Part shown: positions 51,087-63,429 of the stretch, piece by piece
How positions within the stretch are numbered: the stretch's first letter is position 1
Layout of the letters: every line of letters begins with the position of its first letter
From: Narcine bancroftii
Lineage: Eukaryota
Assembly (NCBI RefSeq): GCF_036971445.1
Contig: NC_091476.1
Location: 24,490,001-24,554,000, forward strand
DNA: 64,000 nt
Reading direction: 5' to 3'
The notes under the pieces: model-generated
What the model was told of the DNA's origin: nothing
Seen by the model: only the letters and a program-made list of their open reading frames with translations
Databases searched by the model: none
Made by a program: the position numbers and the translations under genes

Positions 51087-51441
51087 GACAGAGGTGCACC
51101 AAAGAAGAGGTACAAGACTGCCTAAAGAAAGCTCTTGGTGTCTGCCCCATTGACCACCGCCAGTGGGCTGATCTCGCCTCAAACCGTGCATCTTGGCGCC
51201 TCACAGTTCGGCGGGCAGCAACCTCCTTTGAAGAAGACCGCAGAGCCCACCTCACTGACAAAAGGCAAAGGAGGAAAAACCCAACACCCAACCCCAACCC
51301 ACCAATTTTCCCCTGCAACCACTGCAACCGTGTCTGCCTGTCCCGCATCGGACTTGTCAACCACAAACGAGCCTGCAGCTGACGTGGACATTTACCCCCT
51401 CCATAAATCTTCGTCCGCGAAGCCAAGCCAAAGAGAAGAAG
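51087..51441 (+). mobile_element. RTE (BovB-like) LINE 3' end, young copy
   Basis: gacagaggtgcaccaaagaagaggtacaa...cgcgaagccaagccaaagagaagaaga, the reverse complement of the copy at 16132. Confidence 0.9.
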
Positions 51442-51759
51442 ATGTCTACATTTAAAAAATTACAGTAAATAAATTTAAAGTTTAAAATGCTTCAAGAGGC
51501 AGTTTTGTATGTCCCAACTAATGGACACTCTGGATATATCTGCCACATTACAGCCTTCAGATTTATCTTTTTCTTTACAAAGGGCAAGGGGGAAAAGACA
51601 CCTTTTATTGGCTTGTAGGTATTGCTCTGAAATTCCTCCACATTGTCTCAAACTACTGAGTGTAAGATGAATGTTAAAATAAGGTTACGCATTACTGAAA
51701 GCATCAGCCTCTCTCATGGACCTGCACTCATTCCATTGGCAGCTAGCATTAGTGTCTTG

Positions 51760-52090
51760 ATGGTTGAACTGGTTGACCGTTTTGAGTTCTGTGTGCCCGA
51801 TGGAGATGTCGGGGGGTTGGTAGTCATGGTGGGGAGCTGGCTGATGGAGGACCTCCGTTTTCTTCAGGCTGACAGCACAGTAAAAGGCCCTTTCGGCCCA
51901 TGAGCCCATGCTGCCCAATTACACCCAATTGACCTACAACCCCTGCTGCATTTTTGAACTGAGAGGAAACTGGAGCCTCTGGGGAGAACCCACGCAGACA
52001 CAGGGAGAAGGAAAACTCCTTACAGACAGCGCAGGATTCAAACCCTGGTCATGATTGCTGGCACTAACTGCTACGCGAACTATGCCGCCC
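51760..52090 (-). mobile_element. RTE internal fragment (51760-51872) abutting a V-SINE (51872-52090)
   Basis: VSLKKTEVLHQPAPHHDYQPPDISIGHTELKTVNQF is RTE ORF sequence; the adjacent sequence matches the SINE at 19735-19970. Confidence 0.75.
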
Positions 52091-52973
52091 TTTGGATCAC
52101 TCTATTTCTTAACACCCTCAAGTTATGAATGAATGTCATTAGACAGTCAGGTAGTTTAGATAACCTTTGAAGGTGGCATAGCACTGGAACAATCTGTCCT
52201 CCAGCAGAATTGAGGGATATCTGGAATATTATTCTAGGAAGAAAATATCCAGATGGATTGACTAAACTGATGTTGAAATCCAACTTGCCAGTGGTGACTT
52301 ACCATTAGATGCACAAATTTTGATCTCTTGCCTCTTTTTCACCTTACATCAGACAAAAGTTAAACTCTATAAGGAAACTTGAGCCTTGAAAGATCTACCT
52401 ACTCTGCATGGTTTTGACATTGTGACCATTGCATGCGCTATTGCCTTACCAAAATGAGGGATAATAAAGACAAACTTTAAATGTATGCCTGCACATCACG
52501 TTTTCCTTGAAATACTATTGAACAAACAAGGTTGTATGGAATAAATTATTCCATGGACATTGATACAAGAGGCTAAAATCACAAATTTTGATCTCTTGCC
52601 TCTTTTTCACCTTACATCAGACAAAAGTTAAACTCTATAAGGAAACTTGAACCTTGAAAGATCTACCTACTCTGCATGGTTTTGACATTTTGACCATTGC
52701 ATGCACTATTACCTTACCAAAATGAGGGATTATAAAGGCAAACTTTAAATGTATGCCTGCACATCACATTTTCCTTGAAATACTATTGAACAAACAAGGT
52801 TGTATGGAGTAAATTATTCCATGGACATTGATACAAGAAGCTAAAATCAATACAGACTACATTCATGGCCCCACAGCTATTTTAATTTTCAGATTGGCTT
52901 GTAAACAATTTGTGTTCAGAAAATGAGGTTCAGTTATTCAGTTTCCATGGCTATTTGAGCAAGGCCATACTAG

Positions 52974-55560
52974 TGTAGTGGAACACGGTAGTGTAGGTGT
53001 GACTCACTAGACTGTACAGGCCGGACCACCTCTGACCCTTCCCATAGATTCCTAATAAAGGCTGATAGCCCTAATCTCCTCCCTCCATAACAGCCTTGGA
53101 TCTGGGCCAGCAGCATGTAGAGATGCCTGATGTTTCTGGATATCAAAGCTTTTAATCACTCACTTCATGTCTGCTTGTGGTTATTGATTGCACCTCAATT
53201 TAATATCAAGAATACTTGCCATGGACAAGGTGATCTTAGTGGAGAAGTAGGAGACTGACCCCAGGGATTCAAAGGCCTCTGACAAGTTTGATTTGTGGCT
53301 GCACTGATTAAAAGCCTACATGAGATGCCACGAGATCTCTTTTCATCAGTAGGCCACAGAACTTACCAAATATTATGGGACTGCAAAAAGTATGAGAATG
53401 CAATGGCCTTGCTGTGGCAGCAATACAGTGCTCCCGTGAACTCTTTGTATACATGTTACCAGCTGGTCACCCAACGTCAGGCCACTGGTGAGTCCGTTAA
53501 CAACTTTGTGAGAACCATGAGGCAGCTGGGATGAGCCTGTGAATGCATGGATGTAACTGTAGCGGTCTACCAAGAGGAGCTCATCCATGATGGCCTAGTG
53601 TCCAGCTTCTGATCCAATCACATCTGCGAGTGACTCCTGGAGAAGGGCAATCAGACACTACAGGAAGACATGCAGATGGCTTGATCGCTGGAGGCAGCCC
53701 AGAATAAGGCTGAGACTTACATTGCGAGCCACGCAGCCATCAGGTGGGAAGCACGGGTGCTGGCATATTGGGACTCGGGGATCCTGACTGCTGCGGCTGC
53801 TACCGAGCACATGAGGTGCAACTACAGTGGCCAGACCAAGCACCCGAGCAAGTTCTCTTGGGCGCTGGAATTTGATCTGTTCGAACTGCAGGAGGGGTAC
53901 GTAGTGAAGCATGAGATCATTGCCCCCAACCACAAGCTCATGTGCCCCTTTCTGGAACTCCCACTGCCTCAAAACCTCAAGGCCTTGAAAAAGTGCCTGG
54001 GGTTCTTCTCTTATTATGCCCAATAGATCCACAATTACATGGACAAGACCCTCCTCTGGTGAAAACCACCACATTTCCTCCATTGGCGGAGGTCCATAAG
54101 GCCTTCAAGGGCATTAAGGATGAGATTGCCAAGGGAGCGATGCATGCCATTGATGAATCCATCCCTTACCAAGTGGAGAGCAATTCCTCTGACTTCTCCC
54201 TGGCCACCATGCTGAATGAAGCAGGCAGGCTCGTGGCATTGTTTTCCAAGACCCTCTAGAGCTCCAAACTCAGGCACTCAGCCATTGAGAAGGAGGCTCA
54301 GGATATAGTAGAGGCTGTGCACAATTGGAGGCACTATCTGGCTGGCATGATATTCACCCTGCTGATGGACCAGAAAGCCGACCCATTTATGTTTAACAAT
54401 AAAAATGACAAGATCATAAGGTAGAGAATTGAGCTCTCCATCTACAACTATGAAATTCTGGGAAGCTCAATGAGCCACCCAAAGTCCTGTCCCCGGCATC
54501 GCCTCCAGGCCCTTCACGATAGACACTGCTACCCCAGGGTCACCAGGCTCTACCATTGTGAGGGCCCACAACCTCTTCTATTCTGTGGAAGAGATCAGAG
54601 AGCTGACCCGTAACTGTTTGCTCTGTGCGGAGTGCGCATTTTACAGCAGGAGAAAGCTCAGCTGATCAAGGCCACTCACCCCTTTGAAGATCTCAATATA
54701 GACTTCAAGGGCCCCCTTCCATCCATGAATCAGAATATGTACTTCCTGAATATTGAGGACAAGTACTCACATTTCCCACTTGCCATGCCCATGGTAATTA
54801 AAGCCCTCCACAACTCTTCATCTTGTTCAGATATCCCAGCTACATTCACAGTGATCGTAGATCCTCATTCATGAGTGAGGAGTTGCACCAATATTTCCTA
54901 TCCAAGGGTATGGCCACAAGCAGAACCACCAGTTGCAACCCCTGTGGGAATGGGCAAGTGGAAACGAAGAAGGGCAGGATCTGGAGGGCAATCCACTTGG
55001 CCCTCATGTGAAAAGGGATGCCCATCTCCCAGTGGCAGGAGGCCCTTCTGGAGTCCTTACACTGTACTGCTACAAACACCACCCCACATGAGAAACTGTT
55101 CTCCTTCCCTAGGAGATCGGTGTTGGGAACCATGCTGCTGATCTTGGCTGATGACCCCAGGGCCGGTGCTTCTCCGCAGACATGTTAGGACTCACAAGGT
55201 GGACCCGCTGGTCGAGGAATTGTTCCTCCTGCATGTGAACCCCCAGTACGCCCACGTGCATTGTCTGACCGGGACCTAGATCAAGCAGGGGTCCAACAAA
55301 GGAGGAGCATCCAGAATCCCTCGTCAGTAACCAGCCAGTCCTTTCTATCATGCAAACAAATGACCACTTGAACCTCCCACCATTACCTCTCCAGCCTCTG
55401 CCCCTACCACCCCTACTCCCATGAACTGAAGTACTAACACCCCCACACACTTTGGAACCTGTTTGGACCACACAGTTCAGCCCCCTGACATTCAGCCTGC
55501 CATACAGGTGACTGTCCTGCAGGAGTCGATGACACAGGACTGCGGTGATCACAGTGATGG
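52974..55560 (+). mobile_element. Decayed Gypsy LTR retrotransposon: 5' LTR 52974-53197, gag, internal deletion, RT end/RNase H, integrase; no 3' LTR seen
   Basis: LTR TGTAGTG...CCTCA. gag starts MDKVILVEK*ETDP at 53221 and includes LVTQRQATGESVNNFVR. Pol motifs LKKCLGFFSYYAQ, VALFSKTL, HPFEDLNIDFKGPLP, IHSDRRSSFMSEEL and GNGQVE, with integrase after RNase H. Confidence 0.9.
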
Positions 55561-55999
55561 ATAAAGTTACCAGATCAGATGAATCTGTGAAGACTGCACT
55601 ACTATTTTATCCGGGTGATAAAAAGTTTCAGTGGAGGAGGATTTTGGAATCAGTATTAACATTTTTATGGATATAAAAGGACCAATTCTGGAGTGAAAGT
55701 TCAGAATTGGGGGAAGGCTATTTACAATAGTATTAGGGAATAGGGGGATGGCCATTCAGAAGAGATGAGATTTTACTTTTTTTCAGTGAATGCTGAATCT
55801 TTGGAATTCATTTCCAAAGAGGTCCATGAATGCTCAGTTGCAGAACATCTCCAAGCAGAGATTGGTATATTTTCAGATGATAAAGGAAAACCTGTAAGAT
55901 TATTGTAGGAAACTGCACTGAAGTGAAGAATTTTAGCTTTAATGTCAGAGAACATACATGACATCACCTACAGCCCTTTTCCTGTGGGCCAGAATTTCT

Positions 56000-56480
56000 A
56001 CTTATCGGTAGTGCAAAAAACTGTACTTAAGAAAAGATACATACACAAGAAAGAAATGTAAACAAACCAACTGTGAAATACAGAAAATATATTCAGTAAT
56101 AAATAATGTGCAAAGTAGGAGTCCTTAGATGAGTCTTTGATTGAGTTTCTTGTTTAGGAGTCTGATGGTAGAGGGTTTGCAACTGGTCCTGAACCTTGGT
56201 GTTACGAGTCACTACTGTTCTCCTGATGATTGCTGCTGCTCTCTGGCAATAACGTTTCATGCAGATTTTCTCAATTAGAAGTCTGATGGTGGAGGGTTAA
56301 TAACTGTTCCTAAACCTGGTTGTACGAATCTTCTTGCACCTATTTCCAGACGGTAGCAGCGAGAACAGAGCATGTCCTGGATGTTTTGCTCACAGTGCTT
56401 TCTGACGGCAGCATTCCCTGTGGATGTTATCGATGGTGGGGAAAGCTTTGCCTGGTCATGCATTGGGGCTGTGTCTAAGC
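56000..56480 (-). mobile_element. Rex-Babar-like LINE 3' end with internal duplication
   Basis: gtctgatggt(a/g)gagggtt...gt(t/c)ct(g/a)aacct occurs twice (about 56160 and 56281); homologous to 43340-43605. Confidence 0.7.
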
Positions 56481-57820
56481 AGACACAGGAAGTAGTGGCA
56501 TCAAGTTTCATGCCAGGCCAACCTATAATGGAAGTGAACTGATGCCAGAAGAGGCCCAAAAAAATAACTTTACTTCTTGAGAGCCCAGCAAGAGAAGTTA
56601 ATCCTCCCCCAATACGATCTTGAGTGGAAATGAGATAGTAGAGATGAACAGAATCGAGATAGTATTTCTCTAAGAAAATATTAAAATGATGTAATGGAAC
56701 AAAAAAAAATCAATGAACGTTTGAAATGTTAGGACTGTAAAAAATTGTTTTAGTATTTTTGTTATTCTCCACCAATGATCACAATGGACGACTTTTAGCG
56801 AACTCATGCCAACAACTATTTCTGGCTAGATCAAAATGAATGAAAGAAATGTCTAAAGGGATTCATTTTTGTTGAAAGGTTTAAATAATTTTTATTTTTG
56901 ATATGTTTTTAATCTAGATGGAGACCAGCTGTAGCAAAAATGTTATTTTAAAAACGTTGCTGTTTTGCTGACGAGTTTTATAATATCCAGAATATTGCTG
57001 CCCTCTTTGTGGCAAAACATTTCAGCAGATATTGAAATCAAATTCAGTTTAGGACTGAAAATTGAGGTGTTACCACGGAGGAGAAAACTAACTTTGAAGA
57101 GACCATTCACTTCCGCCACTGTAGATAATGAATTAAAAGTTAAGCCTAATTGTAACAGGGAAAAGATTTTGAGGAATGCTATGATGATATAAATGAGCCA
57201 AAAAGCCAAGAAGCATTTTCATCTTGAAAGAGAGCAAATTACTTTTGGCAGGAAAATTCTTCAGGTCAAATATAAATATTTGTTTGTTGTCCAATACCCA
57301 GTAGGCAATCTATTATGGCAATTAGTCGTAGGCAGTAATACATTAAAGTGGGTCAGGCGTATGATTAAACTGGACAATAAAGATTTTGCTTGGTGAACAC
57401 TTTAGGGTGTATTTTATGGATTTTGGGCTGCTTATCATGAAAATCATCTTAAAATTTTCCTATCACGACCATTTTTAGATAACCTATTGGGTGATTTCCT
57501 GTCATGTTTTAAGTCTACTAGTATATTGCCCACAAAGCAAGCTGCTTTTGTCAGCGCAAGCATGTCCGGGCATGCACTCGGGGCAATGCAAATGTTGTCT
57601 TATGCCTGGGCATGTTTACTGGTTATAAAAGCAGCTCACATATACAGATTCTGTGTATTACATTGATATATCGCATGTTGATGCATATGTTCAGACGATA
57701 ACATTAACAATAGCACATGTCGTCTTCATGAAAATTCAATATAGCAGAATACAATTATCAGTAACAAACATACTGAAAGGTTTCACCAGAACATAGTGAC
57801 CATGGAAAAGCATATCAGAG

Positions 57821-58100
57821 TGTGGTGCACTGTTAGCCAGAATCAGACACACACAAAGATAAAGGCTTTAATTCACAAAGACTTCCACAGGGCCAGGCTG
57901 GCTGTGGCTGCAACAACTCAGTGTGAGGCCTCTGGAGGCCGGCGCAGGCTTGTATCCCGGCGGGTGATTGACACCCGACCGGGTGGGGCTTGATCCATTC
58001 AGGCCGACTGATTGGCAGCCAGCCAGGTGTTGTCCTGTCCCCTTACACTCCTGCAGGTACAGAGGTTGCCCCTGCAGTAGGCCAGTGGTGTAGCACCACA
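57821..58100 (-). mobile_element. Solo LTR (280 bp)
   Basis: 8-bp inverted termini TGTGGTGC/GCACCACA; 5-bp TSD CAGAG/CAGGG; ATTAAA on the minus strand. Confidence 0.8.
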
Positions 58101-58654
58101 CAGGGCAATTAGAATCATCGATGCTGCCTAACTATTGTTGGACACTGATGAGTACAAAGGAAAATCAAAGGAATGGCAAAACATTTTTAGGTCAGTTGAA
58201 CTAATGCAATGCGTCAGCATCATTATGCGATTAAACAGGCTAAATTCAATAAAAGTTAATTCAATGTTTCTCCACCTTTATATGTAATACAGCAAATCTA
58301 AAATTATCTTTGAACTCAGATTGAAGTTGTCTATAATAATCCCCCTTTTTTTCAGGAAGTAAAACCTTTTGAAGAAGTCTGTTGTCCAGTGTTATATGAA
58401 TACTCAAAAATAAAAGAAGGTACATCGCTGCATAACTGGTAGTGAAATTGAGCCATAGTTCACTTGCAGTTATCTGCCTGATGTGAAAGCAGTTATTCTG
58501 TATGGAAAAATTGAGAACACGACAACAAACTAAAAGCAATGACACAGAACAGATTGAAAAAACTGCAAATTTATTTACAAGAGGTTAAATAGCACAGCAG
58601 AAAATCAACCTGACGCTGTTGATGCTGTAGTTTCCAAGGGAAAGGGATAACTGA

Positions 58655-59832
58655 CAAAATAGTGCTGCTGGTGTAGATCTGGGAGAGCACCACCTGGTTC
58701 AAATGTGGACGACACTGTGCAGGCTTTCAATGGCCAATAGTGTGTTTCTGGAATACCTGTATAAGATTAAAATACCTTTAGTTCCGACATTATTTTTATT
58801 GGGTAGTTTGCAACCTCTGAAAGGTCTGGGATTAGATAAATTTCAACTTGCTTTTGTATATTTAGCATTATCTGTAGTGAAAAAATGTATTGCTAGTATG
58901 TGGAAAGATACAAATATGATTGATATTAATAAATGGCATAATGAGCTGAAATATTGTTTAATAATGGAAAAAATCACATGTTTCACGTGATAACTATAGT
59001 TTTTTATTAATAAGTGGTTGTTATATTCAGAATATTTATATTTTGGTTTACATTGATTAGATATTAATATGTATGCTTAATTTTTCTTTGTTTTTCTCTC
59101 TTTATGGCTCTCCTTAGGAGAGTTGGCTGAAAGGGGGACGGGTTCTCTCTTTTTTTTCTTTTTTCTTTTATATATATCAAATATATCATTCATGTTTAGT
59201 TTATTGTTATATATGTTACTTATTATCTGTATTTTGAACGAATAAATAAACTTTAAAAAAAAATAAATGGCCAATAGTGTTTTCAATTAAAGTACTGCAA
59301 TTGTGGGATCTGTGCCCAAGCTAGTGGCACCTCTACTGGGCAGTGGCCATGAGGAGTTGCAGACCAGGGCAGGGCACCAGAAATGGGGCGAACACTCCCC
59401 AATGAGCAGGAGAGGATAAGAGACAATGCTACAGGATGGTGACCTTGACAGCGGACCAGTGACTGAAGGGCTGACCCAGGCTGCGGGCTGTGGAGACTGG
59501 ATCATGGGAATCAGGTACTGGAACTGGAATTCCAAAGGGAGCTGAGGTCAAGAAGGGCTCCCAAAGGGTCTCAAGCACTGAAAGCTTCCTGATTGCATCG
59601 GACCTTTGATTGCTGATGGATCGAATAAGGGTCTGTGTGGCAAATCCACAGACACTCAGTGACTCCGAAGGGACTCCTTTTTGCTTCTTTTTCTCATGTA
59701 ATTTAAGGAATGCCAGGTAATACTAATGGTGCTCTTTGTCTGCCTTAGGATACGCAAAAAGAAAAATTTGTATAATATTACATTTTCTGTATTATTATAT
59801 AACAATAAAGGAATCTTGAATTTGAAACCTGA
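58655..59832 (+). mobile_element. Non-autonomous retroelement (family of 39710-40517) interrupted by an L1 fragment
   Basis: Head gctggtgtagatctgggagagca and tail ctttgtctgcctta..acaataaaggaatcttgaatttgaa are shared with 39710-40517. Confidence 0.55.
58744..59265 (+). mobile_element. L1 LINE 3' fragment with poly(A) and 15-bp TSD
   Basis: LALSVVKKCIASMWKD....KWHNEL...IMEKIT is an L1 ORF2 C-terminus. AATAAA plus A tail. TSD AATGGCCAATAGTGT at 58729-58743 and 59266-59280. Confidence 0.88.
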
Positions 59833-59890
59833 AATTTGTTTGTGAAGAAAGCAAAAATGACTAATTTAACTGAAAATTGTCCTGCAGCAT

Positions 59891-60139
59891 TGTGGTGTTA
59901 CACCAGCAGCCTCCTGCAGGGGATGACCTCTGTACCTGCAGAGGAACACGGGAGGACAGGCTCCATCTGGTGGGCTGTCAATCACCCTTTGGGCTATAAG
60001 CTGGGTCCGGCCCTTTCGAAGTCAGTCTCAGAGCTTGCACCAGTATTCTCATACCAAGTGTAGTTAAGGTTTAAATTGAATAAAGCCTGCAGAACAGACT
60101 ATGTTTTGTGAGTTTGCTTCTGTTCGATAGCGCAACCCA
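59891..60139 (+). mobile_element. Solo LTR related to 57821-58100
   Basis: TGTGGTGTTACACCA..ctgcagggg..acctctgtacctgcag is shared; internal AATAAA; 5-bp TSD AGCAT/AGTAT. Confidence 0.75.
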
Positions 60140-61444
60140 AGTATCAAGTAGGGAGCAAAATGATCGCTTTTACAAAACCCTGTATCATAGTTCACAAGAA
60201 AAGCGCAGAATTTGTTGTTGGCAAAATTTACTCCAGTTTACACAGTCTTTGCACATAAACAAGTGTTATGTTAAGCTTTTGCTTCTGGGTTTGGCTAAAG
60301 GAGAATTATGATGAGTGGATGATAACCTACTTTTACGAATAGAGCTGAAAAATTCCTAAAATCCACATGAACTACCACAATGAAGAAACATTGGTTTAAT
60401 GTCTTATCCAAAGGACAGTCCTAAAATATTATAGTCATGTCTTCACAAGTGGGTCTTGAATCAATGATCTTCTAACTCTGAGATATCCATGCTGAGTCAA
60501 ACAATGAACCTATTTAGTTTCAGTTTTTGTGCTGGCGGATAGTCTGTAACCATGCCAAGTGTTTCATGGTGCCACAGCCCATATTATAAATTATAGAAAA
60601 AAAGTTTCCAGAAATAATTATCACTGTGGAGCTTGTTGCATCTATTAGATAACTCACAATTTTCCAGTTGACAAGAAAAAGTTTTGAATGGTTGATAGGG
60701 AAGCACAAAATATGTAAATAATCTCATTCATGCTTTCCAAAAGACAGAGCACTGAACTTTTTAATTCTTAAGAGAGCATGTGAGATTTCTTTAAAAGCTG
60801 TTTCCTGTTAACTCATTTAAATTCATGGGGGAAAATGATGGGAAAGGTATGTGATTCACGTCCAGCACAAAATACTTTAGTTTCATTGAGGTCAGTTAAA
60901 GGAACTCGTCAGTGCTGTGTAAACTATGAGAGATTTTTTTGTAAATGGACAGTGCAGCTTTAAGGGGCTGTAGCAAGCCATTTACTGAGTACAAATGAAT
61001 GATGTCATTCGTTCCTCTTGCAAGTTTGGTCGCTTTGCACTTACTATAAACTTCAGACTGTACCGTAGTAGGGAAACATATGCTGAAGGTAATTAACCTT
61101 TTTCTGATTTTATTAAATAAACATTTAAACGGTCTTGTAAAACAGGAAAGTCTGCAGACGCTGTTTTTTGGGTTAGAGAACATTCTTTAAATTTTCTTCA
61201 GTGTAAAACCAAGCTAGTAATTATCTTCAGAAGTGGCGACTGTCCTGTGGTTCTTCAATTCCACAGACAATTTCTACATTATTATCCTCTTTAAATGCTG
61301 TAGATAGTATTTGTGCCAAAGGTAAATCAATCACATGATGCAGCTGAATTATTTTCTTGGTCTAATTCGTAGATAAAAGCCACTAGAGAAGTTTGCAGAG
61401 GCTTCAAACACATTCGAACTGATACATTTGTTTCACAACTTGAC

Positions 61445-61514
61445 ATGAGAAGACTATTTATTTTGCTCACTTTAACTGTGAGAACTGCAGCTGGATATGG
61501 ATTTGGATATGAAG
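61445..61514 (+). CDS. SRPX2: Probable SRPX2 first coding exon (signal peptide MRRLFILLTLTVRTAAGYGFGYE/G)
   Basis: Signal-peptide-like ORF ending in phase 1 at a perfect AAG|gtaagt donor, like the SRPX2 ..Y(A/E)G|SGY junction. Acceptor at 61371-61372. Head-to-head with TSPAN6, as in human. No downstream exon was found in the window. Confidence 0.6.
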
Positions 61515-62104
61515 GTAAGTGAGCATTCTGTCTCATTTCTCCTTGAATTGAGGACTATATATGTTAGATTGTTTCATAATTCTAATTTTTTTTACACTTT
61601 TTGATAAATCCTCTCATTCCCTGAAGTTCCAGTAGTGACCGTAGTTTTAAAAAAAAATGTCATATGTGATAATCCATGGTAGAAAGAGTATTTTGCTTTC
61701 ACCCACAATTAGCTCATTGTTTATGAGAAAGGAATGAAAAAAGACAAAAGGCTTGGTATTGACTCTGAGTGGAGCTTGAGGCAGAGGAGAGCCCATGAAA
61801 ATGCTCCATCTTGTTCCAACTATCAGAACTTTACAAAAGCAGGCCTAAAGATGAAAATCAGGCGTCCTGGGGGATTTGCTAGCATATGAATAATGCAACT
61901 AGCAAAACGCAAGTCTGGGCAAGAAGGAGAAGAGTGTATCAAAGATTTTCTGGCTGATGGGCAGGGGACCCTGAGTAAAGGCCTCATGATTCCTGGTGGA
62001 ACATGGCAAAGCTAGCCTGCTAGAAATTGGGGGAGATATTGATGTGATTAGAATGCTGGTTGATGTATCAATTCCACTACAGATGTGTGAAAAATGATTT
62101 GACA

Positions 62105-62295
62105 TGTAGTGATCTGCTGTACACTCATTAATCTGGCTCTGCTCTGTTCCGTGACTCCTCCCTCTTAACTCTGTATAAAGGCTCCAACTCCATAACCCCT
62201 TCCCAGAAAGCCTGGGTCAAAGGACAGGATGACCTTTGTTTATTGTAAATAATTGTTCTGTAATTCCAGTCTTCCTAGTTATTGGTAGTGCATCA
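62105..62295 (+). mobile_element. Solo LTR resembling the Gypsy LTR at 52974
   Basis: TGTAGTG start, tataaaggct TATA region, gttattggtagtgcatca end; no TSD seen. Confidence 0.6.
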
Positions 62296-63163
62296 TAAAC
62301 ATAGCCTTGGTGCTGTGGAAGTTTTCCTTTACTTTCTCTTCTTTCTCTCTTTTTCCCTATTTTCTTTCCTTTTTCTCATTTCTCTCTTACACAGGCACTA
62401 GTGATGCAGAAATATTTCAAAAGAAAATACTTGCTTGTTAGCAGAATTATGTATGATAAGTTCATATGCTAATTGATAGAATTGTTGGTACTTTTCTGAG
62501 GATTTCGTGGTTTTCCATTCAACTCCAGGTTGATGAGTTGCCACAGGGTGATTACCCATGAAGTTAGCTGTATTAAATATTTTAGATTTAACACAGCTGA
62601 AGTTTATTGAGGCTATAAAACTGCAACAGTCTAATGAATTTAAAGAAGCATCAAATGCCAAAGGAACATTCAGCAATGTAGGAAAATGAGAAAAAAGAAA
62701 TTAGGTCTAAATGGCCAATTCCAATTAATTTCATAACATTTCTGTGTGTGTTTTAAATGATTGTTAGAACAGGTCATTAATAAAACCAACTCAGACTTTT
62801 TGCCTTCAAAAAGTAATTTGATTATTTCCAAAAGAAAAAAAAGACAGTTCAGCTCATAATTTTAAGACTGAATTAGTAAATAATTCTGTGGAAGTGGTAC
62901 AACCTGAACATGTAAAATTCACATTTATTGATTAATACTTATAAAAATACTACTGTATGAGTATTGCATAGATAGTGGCAATAACCCATGTATTTTCTTC
63001 TTAGATTTTGTAGTTATTGACTCAAGAATACTTTAGCGTTCCTTTCAGAAAACCAGCACAAGAAGAAATCAATGCAGGATATGTCATTCAGCTCCGTTTG
63101 TTTCTTTCTCTATCTAGCAAGATCTTTTACCTTTGTCTCATATTCCTGCATCAATCACATATA

Positions 63164-63373
63164 CAGCTAAACCCCTGTTATCTGGAATTCAAGCTACCAG
63201 CAGGCTCAAGCAACCGGGAAAAAAAATTGCGGAAAACAAATAGGTAAAGAATAAGGAAGTTTAAAACTGTCACGCCTCACCATTAGTTTACGAATCTCAC
63301 AGTCTCAACCAGAAAATTCAATTTTCCAGCATCTACCAATTCCCATAGGTGCCGGGTACCAGGGATTTTACTG
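63164..63373. mobile_element. Tigger-like MITE
   Basis: TIRs cagctaaacccctgttatctgg / ccgggtaccagggattttactg with TA flanks. Confidence 0.75.
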
Positions 63374-63429
63374 TACCTTGCTTTTATGAATAACTAAAAA
63401 TCTATCAATTTTTGCTTTGAATAGAGTCA

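Larger units (their letters stand above)
50199..52849. repeat. Local duplications: 50199-50628 repeated at 52125-52500, plus a 268-bp tandem repeat (52312-52579, 52580-52849)
   Basis: Directly readable high identity. Copies 2 and 3 share a deletion relative to copy 1. Confidence 0.92.

Noticed and set aside
43010-61000. OTC paralog remnant expected from the Xp11.4 paralogon
   Set aside because: I noticed no carbamoyltransferase motifs (STRT, HPxQ, HCLP), though a by-eye search cannot exclude a very decayed relic.
62322-62450. Long polypyrimidine tract with cag acceptor as the next SRPX2 exon
   Set aside because: The required phase-1 frame hits a stop (..ILAC*) and does not resemble SRPX2.
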